Source: the human T2T-CHM13v2.0 reference genome, Homo sapiens
DNA: 64,000 nt
Strand: one strand, 5' to 3'
NCBI RefSeq assembly: GCF_009914755.1
Contig: NC_060940.1
Both the position numbers and the translations under genes were made by a program. Position 1 is the first letter of the stretch. The number at the start of each line of letters is the position of its first letter. Below are positions 40,584 to 56,220 of the stretch, in pieces. Below the pieces are notes generated by a model that was not told the DNA's origin, ran no database searches, and saw nothing but the letters and a program-made list of their open reading frames with translations.

Positions 40584-41247
40584 CAAATTAGATTCCAAGA
40601 CCCCAGCTCAGGACCAGACTCAGAATCTCTATGGCTGTGGCCCTTGACTATGGTCCTCCTGGCAGCCCCACCCATGCCCAGAGTGAGTCAAACCCCCCGG
40701 CTAAGGTCCAGAAGTCTGTTTCAAGTCTTAGGCACATTTAAGTTTGAGAAGCCCTGTTCTAGGGGCTGGGCTGTGAAACCCACCTTTTAAACAACCTTTC
40801 CAGGTGATTCAGAAAGGTTTGACAGCTCAATCAGGATAGGAACGGTTAGGTACAAAGACAGCAGCCAGGAAGCCAAGAGATCAGTGTTCTCGTTCCAGCT
40901 CTGCTAACATGCATCTGTTTGGACAACTCCTTCCCTTGTCTGGGCCTCAGTTTCCCCATCTGCATAATATGCACACTGGACTCTGTCATCTGTGGGCTCC
41001 CCTTCACTCCCAGTGTCCTGTGATCCTATTAAATACCTTTGAATACAGACTTCCCAATTCAGAGCTGACCACAAGGAAACAGAGCAAAGTACCAATTTCA
41101 GAAGGCCAAGCACATAGCTCCTAAGATCACACGTGGCCAGAGCCTAAGGTGTCATTGAACACCTGAGGACCCCCTGAGTCTGCCCAGAAGCCACAGGCAG
41201 AGGATGAGCAAAGCTCAGAGAGGGCCCACACAGAGTCACCCCCTCAC

Positions 41248-41434
41248 CTGCAGCACGATGTTGACAGCCATGACTTTAAAGGAGTAGGGGGTGGAGGAAA
41301 TGCCAAAAGCCACGAACAGGGCAACAGCCAAGGTCACAAGGTTGGTCATGATCTCCAGCCTCAATGCCATCCATCGTGTGGAAGATAGAAACAACAGCAG
41401 GTAGTTATTCTGCGCATCAGTCAGCCTCTTAAAC
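41248..41434 (-). CDS. ABCC11: ABCC11 exon 23, [62 protein letters not shown]
   Basis: Not in the ORF track; read by hand. tctcag| acceptor, CAG|gtgagg donor; 187 nt; RWxAxRLE motif; frame fits both neighbours. Confidence 0.95.
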
Positions 41435-43760
41435 CTGAGAAGGAAAGCACAGACTAAGAACCATGTGTTTGTCTGACCTAGGGTCTCCCCGGGTCAGGGT
41501 AGATACCGGCTGCTTCCTCCAGCATCCAGTTCCCCACTCCCAGCAGCAGGGCCTGATTTTTCTTTGGGGAGTTCCTCCCTACCCCTTTCTCAGCCATGAA
41601 TTTGGGTGAAGTTGACCTGACTCCTAACCCAGATTGAGGAGTAGGCTCTGCTGCTAAGGCCCATCCTTAGCACGCGCTCCTCGCCTAACCTCTGTGACTC
41701 ACTCAGGGATGGGTGAGTTACCCCAAATTGGCCACAGAGAGTGAATAAATGCCAGGACGTGTGAGTGAGTGTGGGAGTGATTCCTTTCAGTGGGATGATG
41801 GGATATCTGAAACTACCATTCTGCTACTAGGAGGGGAGCCTGGAGCCACCAGAGGGTCTCTGGGAGCTTAAAGGTAAAATAACACCATGGAAGGCAGAGC
41901 AGTAAAACCGAGACACCCGGGGAACATTAGCTGAGTCTCTGGATTAAGCCTCACTTTAAGCAAGTCCTCCTCCCCAGCCTTTTGCTATGAAAATTTTTAT
42001 AAGTACCAAGAGATTAAAAGCTTGATTTAATGAACATCTGTATACCCTCTAATGAAAATTTTTTAAAGTACCAAGAAATTAAAAAGTTTATTCCGTGAAC
42101 ATCTGTATACCCTCTACCTAATTTAGCAATTGTTAGTATTTTGCCATATTTAAGTCATATTTTTAAGCTAGTTTGCATTAGTTTTTTCTGTCACTTCCAA
42201 CCAAGAAACCTACCAATTTCCAATTTTCACATACCACCATCACAGTTTTCCATGTCAATCACAACCTGTACTGTTATTTGATTAGTATTATTATTTTACT
42301 TGCTTTGTTTGAGAATGTATATTAAAAGAAACTTTAATCACAACCTTAAATTATATAAATAATGGGTTTGATATGTTAGTTGCATTTTTTCTAAAGTACA
42401 TTCAAATAAACCTTTGATTATTGAAATTAAATATTCATTTACTCATCAACTAAAACCATCTTACCATCTGAGTGGGCTATCACCCCAGCAGAGTGGCCCT
42501 TCTGACTCACTCTGTCCATACCCTCTGAACCTTTGCATAAGACATTCCAAATTCTGTCCACCTTACCTTTCTATACTGATTGAGTCACCTCCACCTTGAG
42601 GCCTTCCCAGATTAAACACAACAGACCCTGGTCACTCTGTGGCCCCTGTGCTCAAGCCACCTTGCTATCCTTCAAACCTACTTCCCCCATCTCATGGTCT
42701 TTGCATTTACTGTCCCCTCTGCCTGGAGAGCTCCTACCCACATATTTCCATAGCTCAACCCACACTTCATCTCAGGGTCCTTTTCTCTGACACCTTCCCC
42801 AACAACAGCTCCAATCCCTCCAGACTCTCTTCATCTGCTTATCTTAGTATATACCTTGGGGCAGGGTTCTCAGTGTGGGCTGAATGAATGCACCGCTCCA
42901 GGATCCCCTCAGTCCTAGAGTCTGCACAGACCTTGAGTGGTCTATAATGCCACTGAGAGAGCAGGTGCCACAATTAATCCAATATTCCAGCTAACTGAGC
43001 ACATACCGTCTCCCAAATGTGTGCCCAAGTCTTACCCAGGCTTCAAGGCCAGCTCAGATGCCACCTCCTCCCGAAAGCCTTATCTGATTCCCCCAGGCCA
43101 CCTCCTTCCCCTCTGAATTCCCAAGCAGTTTATCTGCCCCTCTCTTATGCTATCTACCTTCTTCAATCACGTATAATTACAAAAACATGTGCCTGTTTCT
43201 CCCTTTTTCCACCAGACTATGAACTTCTTGTAGGTGAAGACCGTGCTTGATTATTCTCTACAAACAGATAAGTTCGTGTTACACCATTAAACCTCAACAA
43301 CAATCACAGGACTTGTTTGCTTGTTTGTTTCAACATTTAGGGGGCAAATCTATGGCATGAGTAGTGAAGGAAGTTCTATTATTTAGAAAGCTATTGTTCC
43401 TCATTATTTTGTTAAAGATAGATATTTGTTTGGAAGTGAAAGAAATAACATAATGCAAGATGTGTTTGCACAGTAATGCACCTTATCATTAAATGTATGT
43501 ATACATATGTCCATATATATATACACAATATATACAAGGTCTTTAAAGTTTACAAACATTTTTCCTATCATTTACATTTTTCATTCTTATAAATGAAAGA
43601 ATGGTTCAGCAGGTTCTGGAGGCTCAGAGAAATACGTCCATCGAACAATGTGCTCTCTGATGCTTTTGAAGATGATGCCACTCCCAGACGCTCCATTCTT
43701 TCCCTGCTCCCCACCACCCCTGTGGTTCCATCATTCTCAAATGGCAGCAGAAGGACTCAC

Positions 43761-43898
43761 TGGCTGATGAAGTCTTCAGTTTTTCCATAGACATGGATGG
43801 AGCTCAGGCCTTGCAGAGAATTGAGGATGTGGGAGAATAAAGGAGACCGGCTATAGTTCTCCAGTCTCTTGAACACACCGATGGCCTTCTTGAACATC
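43761..43898 (-). CDS. ABCC11: ABCC11 exon 22, [46 protein letters not shown]
   Basis: atgcag| acceptor, CA|gtgagt donor; 138 nt; KRLE..SRSP motif. Confidence 0.97.
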
Positions 43899-44008
43899 CT
43901 GCATGGACAGTGGAGGTAAGGGACCTGGACCGTCCACCTCTGGGACCATCTAGTCTGGGTTGGTCCCAGCCTTGCTCCCCAAGTCACAAGCAAAAAGAAC
44001 CTACTCAC

Positions 44009-44235
44009 ATATAATAAATGAAGCAAATAACCATGATTATGGCTCCCATTAACAGGATATATGGAGACAGCACACTGACAATCAACAGGACGGCGATCAC
44101 CATTAAGGACAGGACCAGGAACTGCTCTGAAAAGATGGGCAAGAGCTGGTCCAGCTGTTCCAAGTCCCCTGCGAAGCAGTTCAAAAGCCGGCCTATTGGG
44201 ATGGTGTCAAAGAAACTCATGGGGCAGCGGAAAAC
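44009..44235 (-). CDS. ABCC11: ABCC11 exon 21, [24 protein letters not shown]...CFIYYM
   Basis: ctgcag| acceptor, AT|gtgagt donor; 227 nt; conserved PMSFFDTxPxGR motif. Confidence 0.97.
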
Positions 44236-44655
44236 CTGCAGGGACAAAATCAACGCAGACCATGAGAGAAGCTGCAGGCCCTGCTCAAGATTGGATGAAG
44301 ATGCCTGTTACCCTTGACTCTAAAGAGCCACGGATCCCAGGGGTCTCCAGGGCAGGCAATGTAGAGCAATGATTTAAAAGCATGGATGGGCTCCACGGCT
44401 ACCTGACTCCTCCACCTACTGCTGTCTGACCTCGGGCAAGTACTGAGTTCCTCTGAGTCTCAAGGTCCTCGTTAGCGAAATGGGAATGAAAACGATGCTT
44501 CACAGAGTTGTAGTGAGGATCACACAACTCCTCAAATATACTAAACACTGAAGTGTATAATTAAAAGGCTGAATGTATGGTATATGAATTATATCCTGTA
44601 AAGCTATTAGAGAGAGAGAGAATACATTAAAAATGCTCAGAGCAGTGCCTGCCCC

Positions 44656-45159
44656 TGAGGTAGGAGGTGAGACTTGACTCTGGAGGCAGGGTTTGAACGC
44701 CAGACCAAATTGAGGACTAGCTAAAACAGGGGTGGGGTGGAAGCCACTTTCCATAAGACAGGCCCACCAGTGTGTCGTGTCAGTTTACCATTCCCATGGC
44801 AACACCCAGGAGTTACCGCCTCTTTCTGGGTCATCAATGACTTGATGACTTGGAAGTTGCCACCCTTTTCCTAGAAACTTCTGTATAAACTGTCCCTTAA
44901 TCTACATGTAATTAAAAGTAGGTATAAATATGACTGCAAACCTGCCCTGAGCTGCAGCTCTCAGCACACTGCCTACGGGGTAGCCCTGCTCTGCAGGGTC
45001 AGTCACAGAGCTGCAACACTGCCAGAACTGCAACAGTGACACTTCAGTAAAGCTGTTTTCTTCTACCCTACCACTGGCTTGCCCTTGAATTCTTTCCTGG
45101 GCAAAGCCAAGAACCCTCATGGACTAAGCCCCAGTCTGGGGTTTACCTGCCCTCCATCA
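44656..45159 (+). mobile_element. ERV1-class solo LTR (LTR26-like)
   Basis: TGAGGTAGGAGG...GACCAAATTGAGGACTAGCTAAAACAGGG start, ..CATCA end, 4-bp TSD CCCC, AGTAAA signal. Confidence 0.7.
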
Positions 45160-47172
45160 CCCCCAGTAGGGCATTCTACCAATACCAGCTCTTATTATTT
45201 TCTACAGATGGGACCATTTTCACTCAGGACTGCCAAAGATTAGGAGCAGCAATCCTACTGGGTTGCACACGATTTGGACCCTTGGATCAAATTTAGCCTT
45301 AACTGCCCCCTTCTTGAGGGTGGCACCTGCAAGTTGATCTCTAACAGCCAGTGGCCATGAGGCCTTTCGGAGATCAAAGGACATGTCAAACCACAAGGTA
45401 GGCTCTAACAAAAGCATTTAGTTTGGTGTCCTTGTTTTGCAGATGAGGAAACTGAAGATTGCAGAAGAGGAAGTGGCTCTGTAACTTACTCATTACGCAA
45501 GTGGTTAATGGCAAAACCATGATCCAATTAGGCCTTCTGAGGCTTCCCCAAGCCTGGCACAGTCACTCTTCACAGAAGGCAATTTCTTAAAGGTTCATGG
45601 CACTGACCAAATGACCACCTACATTTCCCCATGTACTTCTCAAGCTATAATGCAAGAAGTAGAAATGAATAGAAGCCAATGGCATTTATTAAAGCCAAAC
45701 TCAAAGAAAGAGGAGGGAAGGACATTTTGACGGTTACTAAATGTAATTATTTGAGCCATGAAGTGTTCTCTGTAGCTGCTCTCATCGCAAATGCATGGAT
45801 ACTGCTGACCAAGCGTAGCTCTCATGTATGTTTGCTTTCTAGCTGGTGGGGTAGTGAGGGTTGGAGGAGCAGATTTAAAGCCTCCTTGCTTTTTCTGCCT
45901 CTAAAATCCCTTCAATTTTATTTCCAGAATGTTTTATTAAATACTTGAGCTAAAGCAATCAGAATTGTCATGATCACTCAGAGGAATCAAAGGGCAAAAG
46001 GGTCACCCCTTCAAGGACTCTGAGCACACCTTGCAGGTGCGGGGCATGGCAGGGTTGTGGAGGGGACACAGGAGTGGACGTCAGCTCCACTGTGGGTGAG
46101 GAAGATGCATCTGTGGAAGCCCAGCATTACTTTGGATTAGGGACCAATGGTGGCGACAAAGGGAAAATGGTTTCAGTTTCTGATTGTCTTCTAAGTATCA
46201 AAATGATCTGGGGTTGTTCTTGTTTGTTCATTTTTGCTTCATTTTTTTCTGTTGTGCTTGCAGTTGAGCGAACTTTTTAAGATTTATCCTTTACTTGTGA
46301 TTCTTTAAAACTACAAAGACAAATTTAAAGTTTAAAAAGCCATGAAAGGACTGGAAAAAGGAAAATATTTTAAACACAAAACACGTTTTCATGGAAAGAA
46401 ACTTGAACATTTCTCAAAATTAAAATACGAAATGTCATTTAGAGGCATGGGCACTGGATATTTCTAGAATCTTGGAATGTGCCATCAAAAGAAACTCAGA
46501 GACCACCTTGAGGGCCGAGGGCCACCCCCAGAGGCCGGGTGGGAAAGTGTCAGGCCTCAGGTAGAATTTCCCCCTCCTGCTTTCTGGTTCTGCCAAGCTT
46601 TATCTGAGAGGTGGGGAAAAGCTTTGTCTCACCCTGCCAAAGTTGAAACACTTCATGGCAACACAATTTGCATTCAGTCTACAAGGAACGATGGGCCGCT
46701 CCTCACCTCCTGCGTCTCCAAGTCAAAACCCCCACTCCCACCTCTGAGATTAGCCTTCCAGAGCTCCATTCTCCTCCCAGAAGTGCTCTGCTTTTGTTCA
46801 CCTTCAGTCTCCTGGTCTTGAGCTGGCTAAATCTGATTCCTCCTTCAAGGAGTGAAGTCCCCAAGAAGGCTTTCTGGACTCTCCCCACTTTCTTCCCCTG
46901 CCCTCAAGCTAAGACAAGGTGCCTCTTATGTTCTCATGGCCCTGTGTGCTCCATCCCGTGATAAACTTTACATATCTACGACAATGGCCTGTTTTCTTGT
47001 CCATCTCCCCCATTAGACTATACATCCATGATGGCCCAAACCCTACCTGCACTGTGCATTCTCTAATGTAAGCCTCATGCCCACTGCAGAACCTGGCACA
47101 TAGTAACACTTAGTAAGTGAGAGAGAGGAATGACATTTCCAAGAAGCAGTGTGATACCATAAGCAATTTGGT

Positions 47173-47472
<300 letters not shown>

Positions 47473-47754
47473 GACAATTCAGTATTCTAACCAAACACAT
47501 ATTCCAACTTTAACATATGTGAGATTTCAGTTTCCTCATATGTAAAATGAGGATAATATCCACTTCAAAGAGAACTCAGGGCAATCATAAGCAACTCTGT
47601 ATATGACCATGCTCAGCCAGTGGAGGCCAGCGTCACTGTGGCCCTCCATCAGGGGACACTGAGCTCTTAGAACCAGACTTCCAGCAGGAGAGCTCCACCG
47701 CACTTTCATCACTCCCTTCTCACCAAGCAGCCTGGTTCACCCAGCTGCAACTAC

Positions 47755-48400
47755 ATTTTAGAAAAGGCAAAGCTATGAAGAGAGTAAAAAAGATCAGTGG
47801 TTGCTGGGAGTTTGAGGGTAGGGAGGGAGGGATGAATAGGTGGGACACAGGGTTTTGTTTATGGCGGCGGAACTATTCTGTACCATGGATACATGTCATT
47901 ATACATTTTTCAAAACCCATAGAATGCACAGCACAAAGAATGCACCATAAGGTGAACTATGGATATTCATTAATAATAGTAATTAATAATGTACCAATAT
48001 TGACTCATCAATTGTAACAAATGTCCCACGTTAATGCAAGATGTTAAGAATAAGAGAAATGGGCCAGGTGCAGTGACTCACAACTGTAATCCCAGCACTT
48101 TAGGAGGCTGAGATGGGCAGATGGCTTGAGCCCAGGAGTTCAAGACCAGCCTGCGCAACATGGCAAGACCTGTCTCCACAAAAATACAAAAATTAGCCAG
48201 GCATGGTGGTGTGCCCCTGTGGTCCCAGCTACTCGGAGGTTAAGGTAGGGAGGACTGCTTCAGCCCAGGAGGTCGAGACTGCAGTAAGCTGTGATCACAC
48301 CACTGCACTCCAGCCTGAGTGATAGGCAGGTATATGAGAACTCTCTGTACTTTCATCTCAATTTTTCTGTAAACGAAAAGTGCTCAAAAAATAAAGTTGG
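47755..48400 (+). mobile_element. L1MC/MD 3' end with nested Alu (~48062-48322)
   Basis: ggaaaaggcaaa.ctat..agagtaaaaagatcagtggttg-like motif; Alu consensus. Confidence 0.75.
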
Positions 48401-48401
48401 C

Positions 48402-48797
48402 TTGGTTTCAAGTCTTTGCTATTGTGAATAGTGCCACAATAAACATACGTGTGCATACATGTGCATTTATCTTTACAGCAGCATGATTTATAATCCTGAA
48501 GCTGGAAACCATCATTCTCAGAAAATTATTGCAAGGACAAAAAACCAAACACCACATGTTCTCACTCATAGGTGGGAAATGAACAATGAGAACACAAGGA
48601 CACAGGAAGGGGAACATCACACACTGGGGCCTGTTGTGGGGTTGGGGGACGGGGGAGGGATAGCATTAGGAGATATACCTAATGTTAAATGACGAGTTAC
48701 TGGGTGCAGCACACCAACATGGCACATGTATACATATGTAACTAACCTGCATGTGCACATGTACCCTAAAACTTAAAATATAATAAAAAATAATAAT
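48402..48797 (+). mobile_element. Second 5'-inverted L1PA insertion
   Basis: Antisense L1 piece ~48402-48497 then sense 3'UTR; TSD aaaataaagttggc at 48388-48401 and 48798-48811. Confidence 0.88.
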
Positions 48798-48808
48798 AAA
48801 ATAAAGTT

Positions 48809-49268
<460 letters not shown>

Positions 49269-49327
49269 ATGAAGCTGGGCAAGTTCAGAGCTCAGCCTTC
49301 GGCCCCACCCAGCACCCAGGCCCATAC

Positions 49328-49525
49328 CTTGTTGAAGAGCTTGTTGTGCAGGGCCGTGGATGCCTTCCTCGTGACCTTGGTGAAAATCCCTGAGGAGCAG
49401 ACCCCCACACAGATGAGGAGCAGGGCGTTGAGCCCGTACACCAGCTGGTAGAAGGACAGTTGAGGATTGTCTGCAATGTTGCCCAGGTCTGCCATGGTTC
49501 CATTGCTCTCTCGGCTGCTATTGGT
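49328..49525 (-). CDS. ABCC11: ABCC11 exon 20, extracellular loop with two N-glycosylation sequons (NSS, NGT) and next TM helix
   Basis: ttgaag| acceptor, AAG|gtatgg donor; 198 nt; counting back from the stop puts the sequons at N838/N844, the known ABCC11 glycosylation sites. Confidence 0.96.
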
Positions 49526-50686
49526 CTTCAAGAAAGAACAGGGGGTCTGACTGCAGGTGTCCGGGGGAAATTCAGTGGCAGGGAAAGCCTTCTCCCTGGG
49601 GCCACGTGAGAATCTGTGGCTGGTAGAAGGTGAAGCTGTTTGCCCAAACCTCCCTGCTCAGCGCTTGGCTACTCTCTTTTGCCCTTCATTCCCACTGCCC
49701 TGCCCTGCATCAGGCCCTCAGAGTCTGCCCCGTGGACACTGCAGCAGCTGGGCCCTTGTGCACGCTCTGCTGTGATGCAGCGAGAAGCTTGGGAACGTGA
49801 TTTCCCAGAACCCCTCCCAGCATGGTTTCAGGTCAGATTCTGCCAAGGAGAGGCACCCACAGGGAAACAGAAAGGTGGAAGAGGAGAAGCCAGCATGCTC
49901 AGTGGCAACTGTGGGCAGGAGCATGGGGTGTGGGGTTTTTCCAGAGGCTGGAAGGCATCCTGGGAATCACCCACTTCAGTTCAGCTGAGATCCCTGATGG
50001 CCAATTCCCCTCCAATGGTTGACTGAGCCTCTAATTCCCTATATTAAATCCTTGGAAGCTCTAAATACTTAGAGTGGCTTCTGCTCTCCTGACCCAAACC
50101 TCCTGGTACACGATCCAGAAATTAACCATATGGAGTACTGTGGGAAAAGCATGGCTTCGATTCTAAGCACCAAGTTCAAGTTCCGGCCCTGTCCTGTCCT
50201 AGGGCAGGTTCTTCATCCTCTCTAGGCACAGGGTCCCCTTGGAAAAATGGAGACAGTGGAACCTTCCTCTGAATGTGGGTGGGGAGATTAGTGAAATAAC
50301 TTGACACAGTGTGGCCCGTGGTGGCTCCCAGCTCACAAGACCAGAAGTATATTTTAAATAAACCATAGTATGGAGGCCAGCCTGGAGCTAAAGGAGACAG
50401 TTACTGCAGTGGAATGCAAAGATTCTTGGGGCACTGTCTGGGGATATAAATCTCTTGGTTTTCCAGTAAGACTGCACAGGCGACCACCCATTCTACAAAG
50501 TCAGGAGGCCTGTGCCAGGGGAACCCCAGAGTCCTGGCTCCCCACGGTTCTCTCTGGAACACCAGCTCTGGGCTTGTCATGTGGGTCCCAAGCCATGCTC
50601 TGGCTCTTGTGGTCTCAAGGAGCAAGAAGTCACCCCACCTCACTCAAGCCCATAGAAACACAGCCCATCCACCTCATGGCACTCAC

Positions 50687-50790
50687 CCCCGAGCCCTGCT
50701 CCAACCAGTAGCTCAGCCACCAGAAGCTGAAGATCGTTAAGAAGACGATCAGCACCACGAAGAAGAAAATTATGCAAGAGACCATGTAAC
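50687..50790 (-). CDS. ABCC11: ABCC11 exon 19, first TMD2 helix [35 protein letters not shown]
   Basis: tcccag| acceptor, GGG|gtgagt donor; 104 nt; WWLSYW motif. Confidence 0.96.
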
Positions 50791-51312
50791 CTGGGAGGGA
50801 GACAGTGGTGATGTACAAGTGCCACAAACAGGTGCGAGGCAACTGCTGACTCAGCTGCTCGGCCATCTCTGTCTTTGAGTGCTTGGAAACCCTTGAGCCC
50901 CACCCAATGTGGACACCTTGGAGGAATGGGAAGAGCTGGGTTCCAAAGTCAGAGAGCCCTGGGTTCAAATCCTGGCTCCACCACTTCCAAACCGTGTGAC
51001 CTTGGATAAGGTACCAAATGTCAGCAACATACCACTTCTTTACCTATGAAATAGTGATAACCTTACCAGCTTCAGAGCCATGCTGAAGATGATATGATAT
51101 AATGTGTGTGAAGCACTCAGCCCAGTGCCTGGCACAGGGCAGTGTTCTAGAGAAGTTAGTTCACCTTATGCAGGTCCTGCAGGTTCAGTTTTATAAATAA
51201 TAATAACAGTTACCTTTTATGTGGTACGTACTATTATGTGCTACATGCCAGGAATAGTACCAAATGTATGCATTATTTCTGAATTAGTAATTCCTATCCC
51301 CATTTTCAATAG

Positions 51313-51716
51313 TGCTACTGTGTGAATGTATGTGTCTCTCCAAAATTCATATGTTGAAACCAAATTCCCAAGGTGATGGTATTAGAAAGTGAGGCCTCTA
51401 AGAGGTGACGACCATGAGGATGGAGCCCTCATGAGTGGCATTAATGCCCTTAAAAAAGAGGCTTCAGAGAGCTGCCTTCCTGGTTTTTTGTCCCTTTCAC
51501 CATGTAAGGATACAACATTTATCCCCTCCAGGGATGGAGGACACAGCGTTCAAGGCGCCATCTTGGAAGTAGATACTGGGCCCTCACCAGACAAAAAACT
51601 TGCCAGCACCTTGATCTTGGACTTCCCAGTCTCCAGAACAGTGAGAAATAAATTTCTGTTCTTTATAAACTACCCAGTCTAATATATGTTGTTACAGCAG
51701 CACAAATAGGCTAATA
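51313..51716 (+). mobile_element. MST/MLT1A-type MaLR solo LTR
   Basis: tgcta..tgaatgt..tccaaaattcatatgttgaa start; aataaatttctgttctttataaactacccagtc near end. Confidence 0.8.
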
Positions 51717-53039
51717 AAATGAGGAAACTTAATCTGAGAGGGGAACTCCCTTGCCCAAACTTGCAGAGTTGGTGAGTGGCAGAGCTGGGATTTGAAGCAG
51801 TTAAGGGCAGGAAAAGGCAGGGTACACTCCTTGGGGCACTGCCTCCTGCTCTAGCACTCCTCTCATCTATTCATGCTCACATGTCCCGTGCCCACAGTCT
51901 TTTCCCAAATTCTATCCTTCCTTCAAGGGCTATCTCTTCTTTGATGAGATTTGAGATTCCCTGGCCACAGAGATCTCTCTTACCATCTGATGGAAGCAAG
52001 TCTTAATTCTCCAGCTAGATTCCAGGGTTGGTTCTTAGATGACTTTATACCCCTCCCCTCTAGAGCTTGGCACAGTGCCTGGAACATAGCAGGCACTTTG
52101 TAAATACAGATCAATGTAAGCTGCTAGATCCATTCATGCATTTCACAAGCATTTGCTGTTTCCTGCTCTGTCTGGGCAGGCCCTGGGTTACTCCTTGCAG
52201 GATACCCATGGTGGACGGGGTGGGGACGGCGTTCTGTGTGCACAGCCTACCTCTTCCTCCCCCAGGCATGCAGACAGGAGACATCTTACACAAGGGTCAG
52301 CTTCCAATGTAAACGATGAGTAAAAAGTTTCATGGAGTAAAAATTACTCTCAAAAATCTCTTAAATTACTTGATAAGTACAGCACCATATACTGAGTTTT
52401 GTGTTTACAACATTGTACAGTAAATATACATGATGATATATACCATTTAATAAGGCAGTAGCTTTGAACTTCTAATTGCCCTCTGCCTGCCTTAAGAAAT
52501 AAAAATTAAGAAATTTTAAATCACACCAAAATAAAAGTCCCACCACTGTGACCTTTTGCGATGTGGCCGCTATTTTCTCTCCGATTCTATTTCATGTCTT
52601 TCAGTGCTGCTCATGATAAACTCAGGTGATTGTAAAACCTGCTAAGGGAGCAGAGCCCAGAGTTTGAAAAACACTGAAATAATGAGGCAGGGGCACTTTG
52701 GGAGGCTGAGATGGGAGGATTGCTTGAGGCCAGGAGCTCAAGACCAGCCTGGTCAACATAGCAAGACCCCATGTCTATTCTATTTTTTTTAATTTTTTTT
52801 AATTAAAAAATAGAAAAACACTGAAATAATGAGTATACATGAAAATATAACTTCCAACCTTGGCTTTGGTGGTAGAGTTGCTATAACTGAGTAGAGTTTG
52901 GTTTTGCAAGTTAGGCCAATAAATACCATGGCTCCTCTGGACCTCTCTACTTCACATGACCTCACGTGTTCCAATCTGACCCAGTTCCAGGGATAGGGCT
53001 GCTCCAAGAGAGAGCCCTGGGCTGGCATGGGGACCGTAC

Positions 53040-53129
53040 CTCCAGCTGCCTGGATGTAGTGGTGGTAGACCCTCCAACTCAAGGAGCCTTCTTCCATCTC
53101 CTCCTCCTGTGTGAGCTGATGCTCCGGCA
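53040..53129 (-). CDS. ABCC11: ABCC11 exon 18, [30 protein letters not shown]
   Basis: acccag| acceptor, G|gtacgg donor; 90 nt; typical ABCC pre-TMD2 motif. Confidence 0.95.
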
Positions 53130-53850
53130 CTGGGTCAGGGTAGAAGAAGAGAAAAGTGGTATGCCTGCCAATCACATGATCTGCTTCCTTCTGTCTCTGG
53201 CTTCGATCCTGTGCCAGCTTTTCACTTTCCAGCTTCAGTGCCCCACCTATGTCTAAGGTTTTTCATGGAAGACTCTACTGAAAGAAACCTTTGACCTGGG
53301 CTCCAGAGCCTGGAAAGGGATCCATCCTTAGCCATTCAATAAACTCTGGAGGGACTGCGGGGTCTCACGTGTGTGATGGGCTGAGAGAAACGCAGGAAAG
53401 AATGAAGAAAACCACCTGGGACCAGAAAACCTAGGTTTCAGAACTGTCACTATGACACTGTGCAACATCAGGCAAATCACTTAACCCTTCTGTTTCCTTG
53501 TCCGAAAAAACGGAAAGCCGAGAAGTTTGCTAAGATGCCCTGCAGCCATACACTTCTGAGATAATGCTTCACAAAACAGCCCTGACACAAGCCCAGGTGG
53601 ACTCTTGGCCTTGAGCTTGGCCTGAAGACCAGTACCTGGAGATGCCCATAGATGTTTCTGATGATAATTGTAACAACAAACATCACGACAGTGACTGTCT
53701 GCTGCTGCTGCCTGCTATTCTCCCTTCTAATAACGACACCCCAGTATTTCCTGGGGAACGGTGCTCTTTTTCTGGAATTTTAATCCTGAGGGAAATTACA
53801 CCAGGATGGAAATTTTTTGAGTAGGTTTTCTTCAAAAAGCCTCAGTTGGT

Positions 53851-54140
<290 letters not shown>

Positions 54141-54779
54141 GACTCAGTTGGAGACAGGAGCCTACAATGTGACAGGTACTGTGTAGGGGGCTTCCCTATA
54201 TATGACCTCATCTAATCTCCACTTTTGCCGAGAATTCAGAGAGGTTAAGTTAGATGGCTAAGGTCACACAGCTTTGTAAGCAGCAGAGCTGGGATTCAAA
54301 TCCAGAACTGTCTTACTTGAAAAATGGAAGTCGCTCCCTTCTGCTACTCTGCCCCAGACAAGAGCAAAGCCATGAGCTTCCAGACATCAGGGGCTAAACC
54401 CAATTCATTTCTGATCCCTAATACCTTTGCTCTCAATATTTACTCTCTTGCAGTGTGTAATGAATGAATGTCTAGATGCCTGGTCAAGTCTTAAATCTGT
54501 GCCACTCAGAGCCAAAGGTACCCCCTATCCTTCCTCTGATGTACAACCTTAGCTGTGCCCCCCACAACACTCACTTCCTGGATCCTTCAGGCCTCCTGCC
54601 CATCAGTCTACACCCCATGGCCCTCAACTACTTGGTTCTGGAACCTGTGTATGTAAATGCTTAGGGTCTCAAGACACTGAGGGACATGGCCCAGTCTGGG
54701 GTCAAGGAGGAAACACTGGGACCTCTGGAGGACCCAGGCAGGCATGCAGACATTCTTGTCCTATCTCCCACACCATTAC

Positions 54780-54876
54780 CAGCATTTCCGTTGAGAGACT
54801 CTTCCAGGGAGGTGGCCAGAGCCTGACTTTCTACCTTTGGCTTCTCTGCTATCTTTGCTGTGTCCTGCAACATGTC
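54780..54876 (-). CDS. ABCC11: ABCC11 exon 17, linker [32 protein letters not shown]
   Basis: ccccag| acceptor, G|gtaatg donor; 97 nt; separated from exon 16 by a 73-nt intron. Confidence 0.94.
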
Positions 54877-54949
54877 CTGGGGAGAGAGCACAGGCCCTGA
54901 GTACACGTGCGTCCACCGTGGGTAGTGAGGGCAGTGGGGCAGGACTCAC

Positions 54950-55084
54950 CGAAGTGGCTTCCTTGTGCATCTTCTGGATAAGTTGGGCATATTTCCCCTT
55001 TTTCTGCATTAACTCACTGTGAGTTCCATTTTCACAGATTTTCCCATTTTCCAACAAAATGATCTGGCCACAAAATTCTAAGTA
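54950..55084 (-). CDS. ABCC11: ABCC11 exon 16, [45 protein letters not shown]
   Basis: gtccag| acceptor, TCG|gtgagt donor; 135 nt. Confidence 0.96.
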
Positions 55085-55109
55085 CTGGACAGTCAAAAGA
55101 AAGAAAGGC

Positions 55110-56220
<1,111 letters not shown>

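Noticed and set aside
44829-44843. Estrogen response element GGTCA-tcaa-TGACT
   Set aside because: Spacer is 4 nt rather than 3 and one half-site is imperfect
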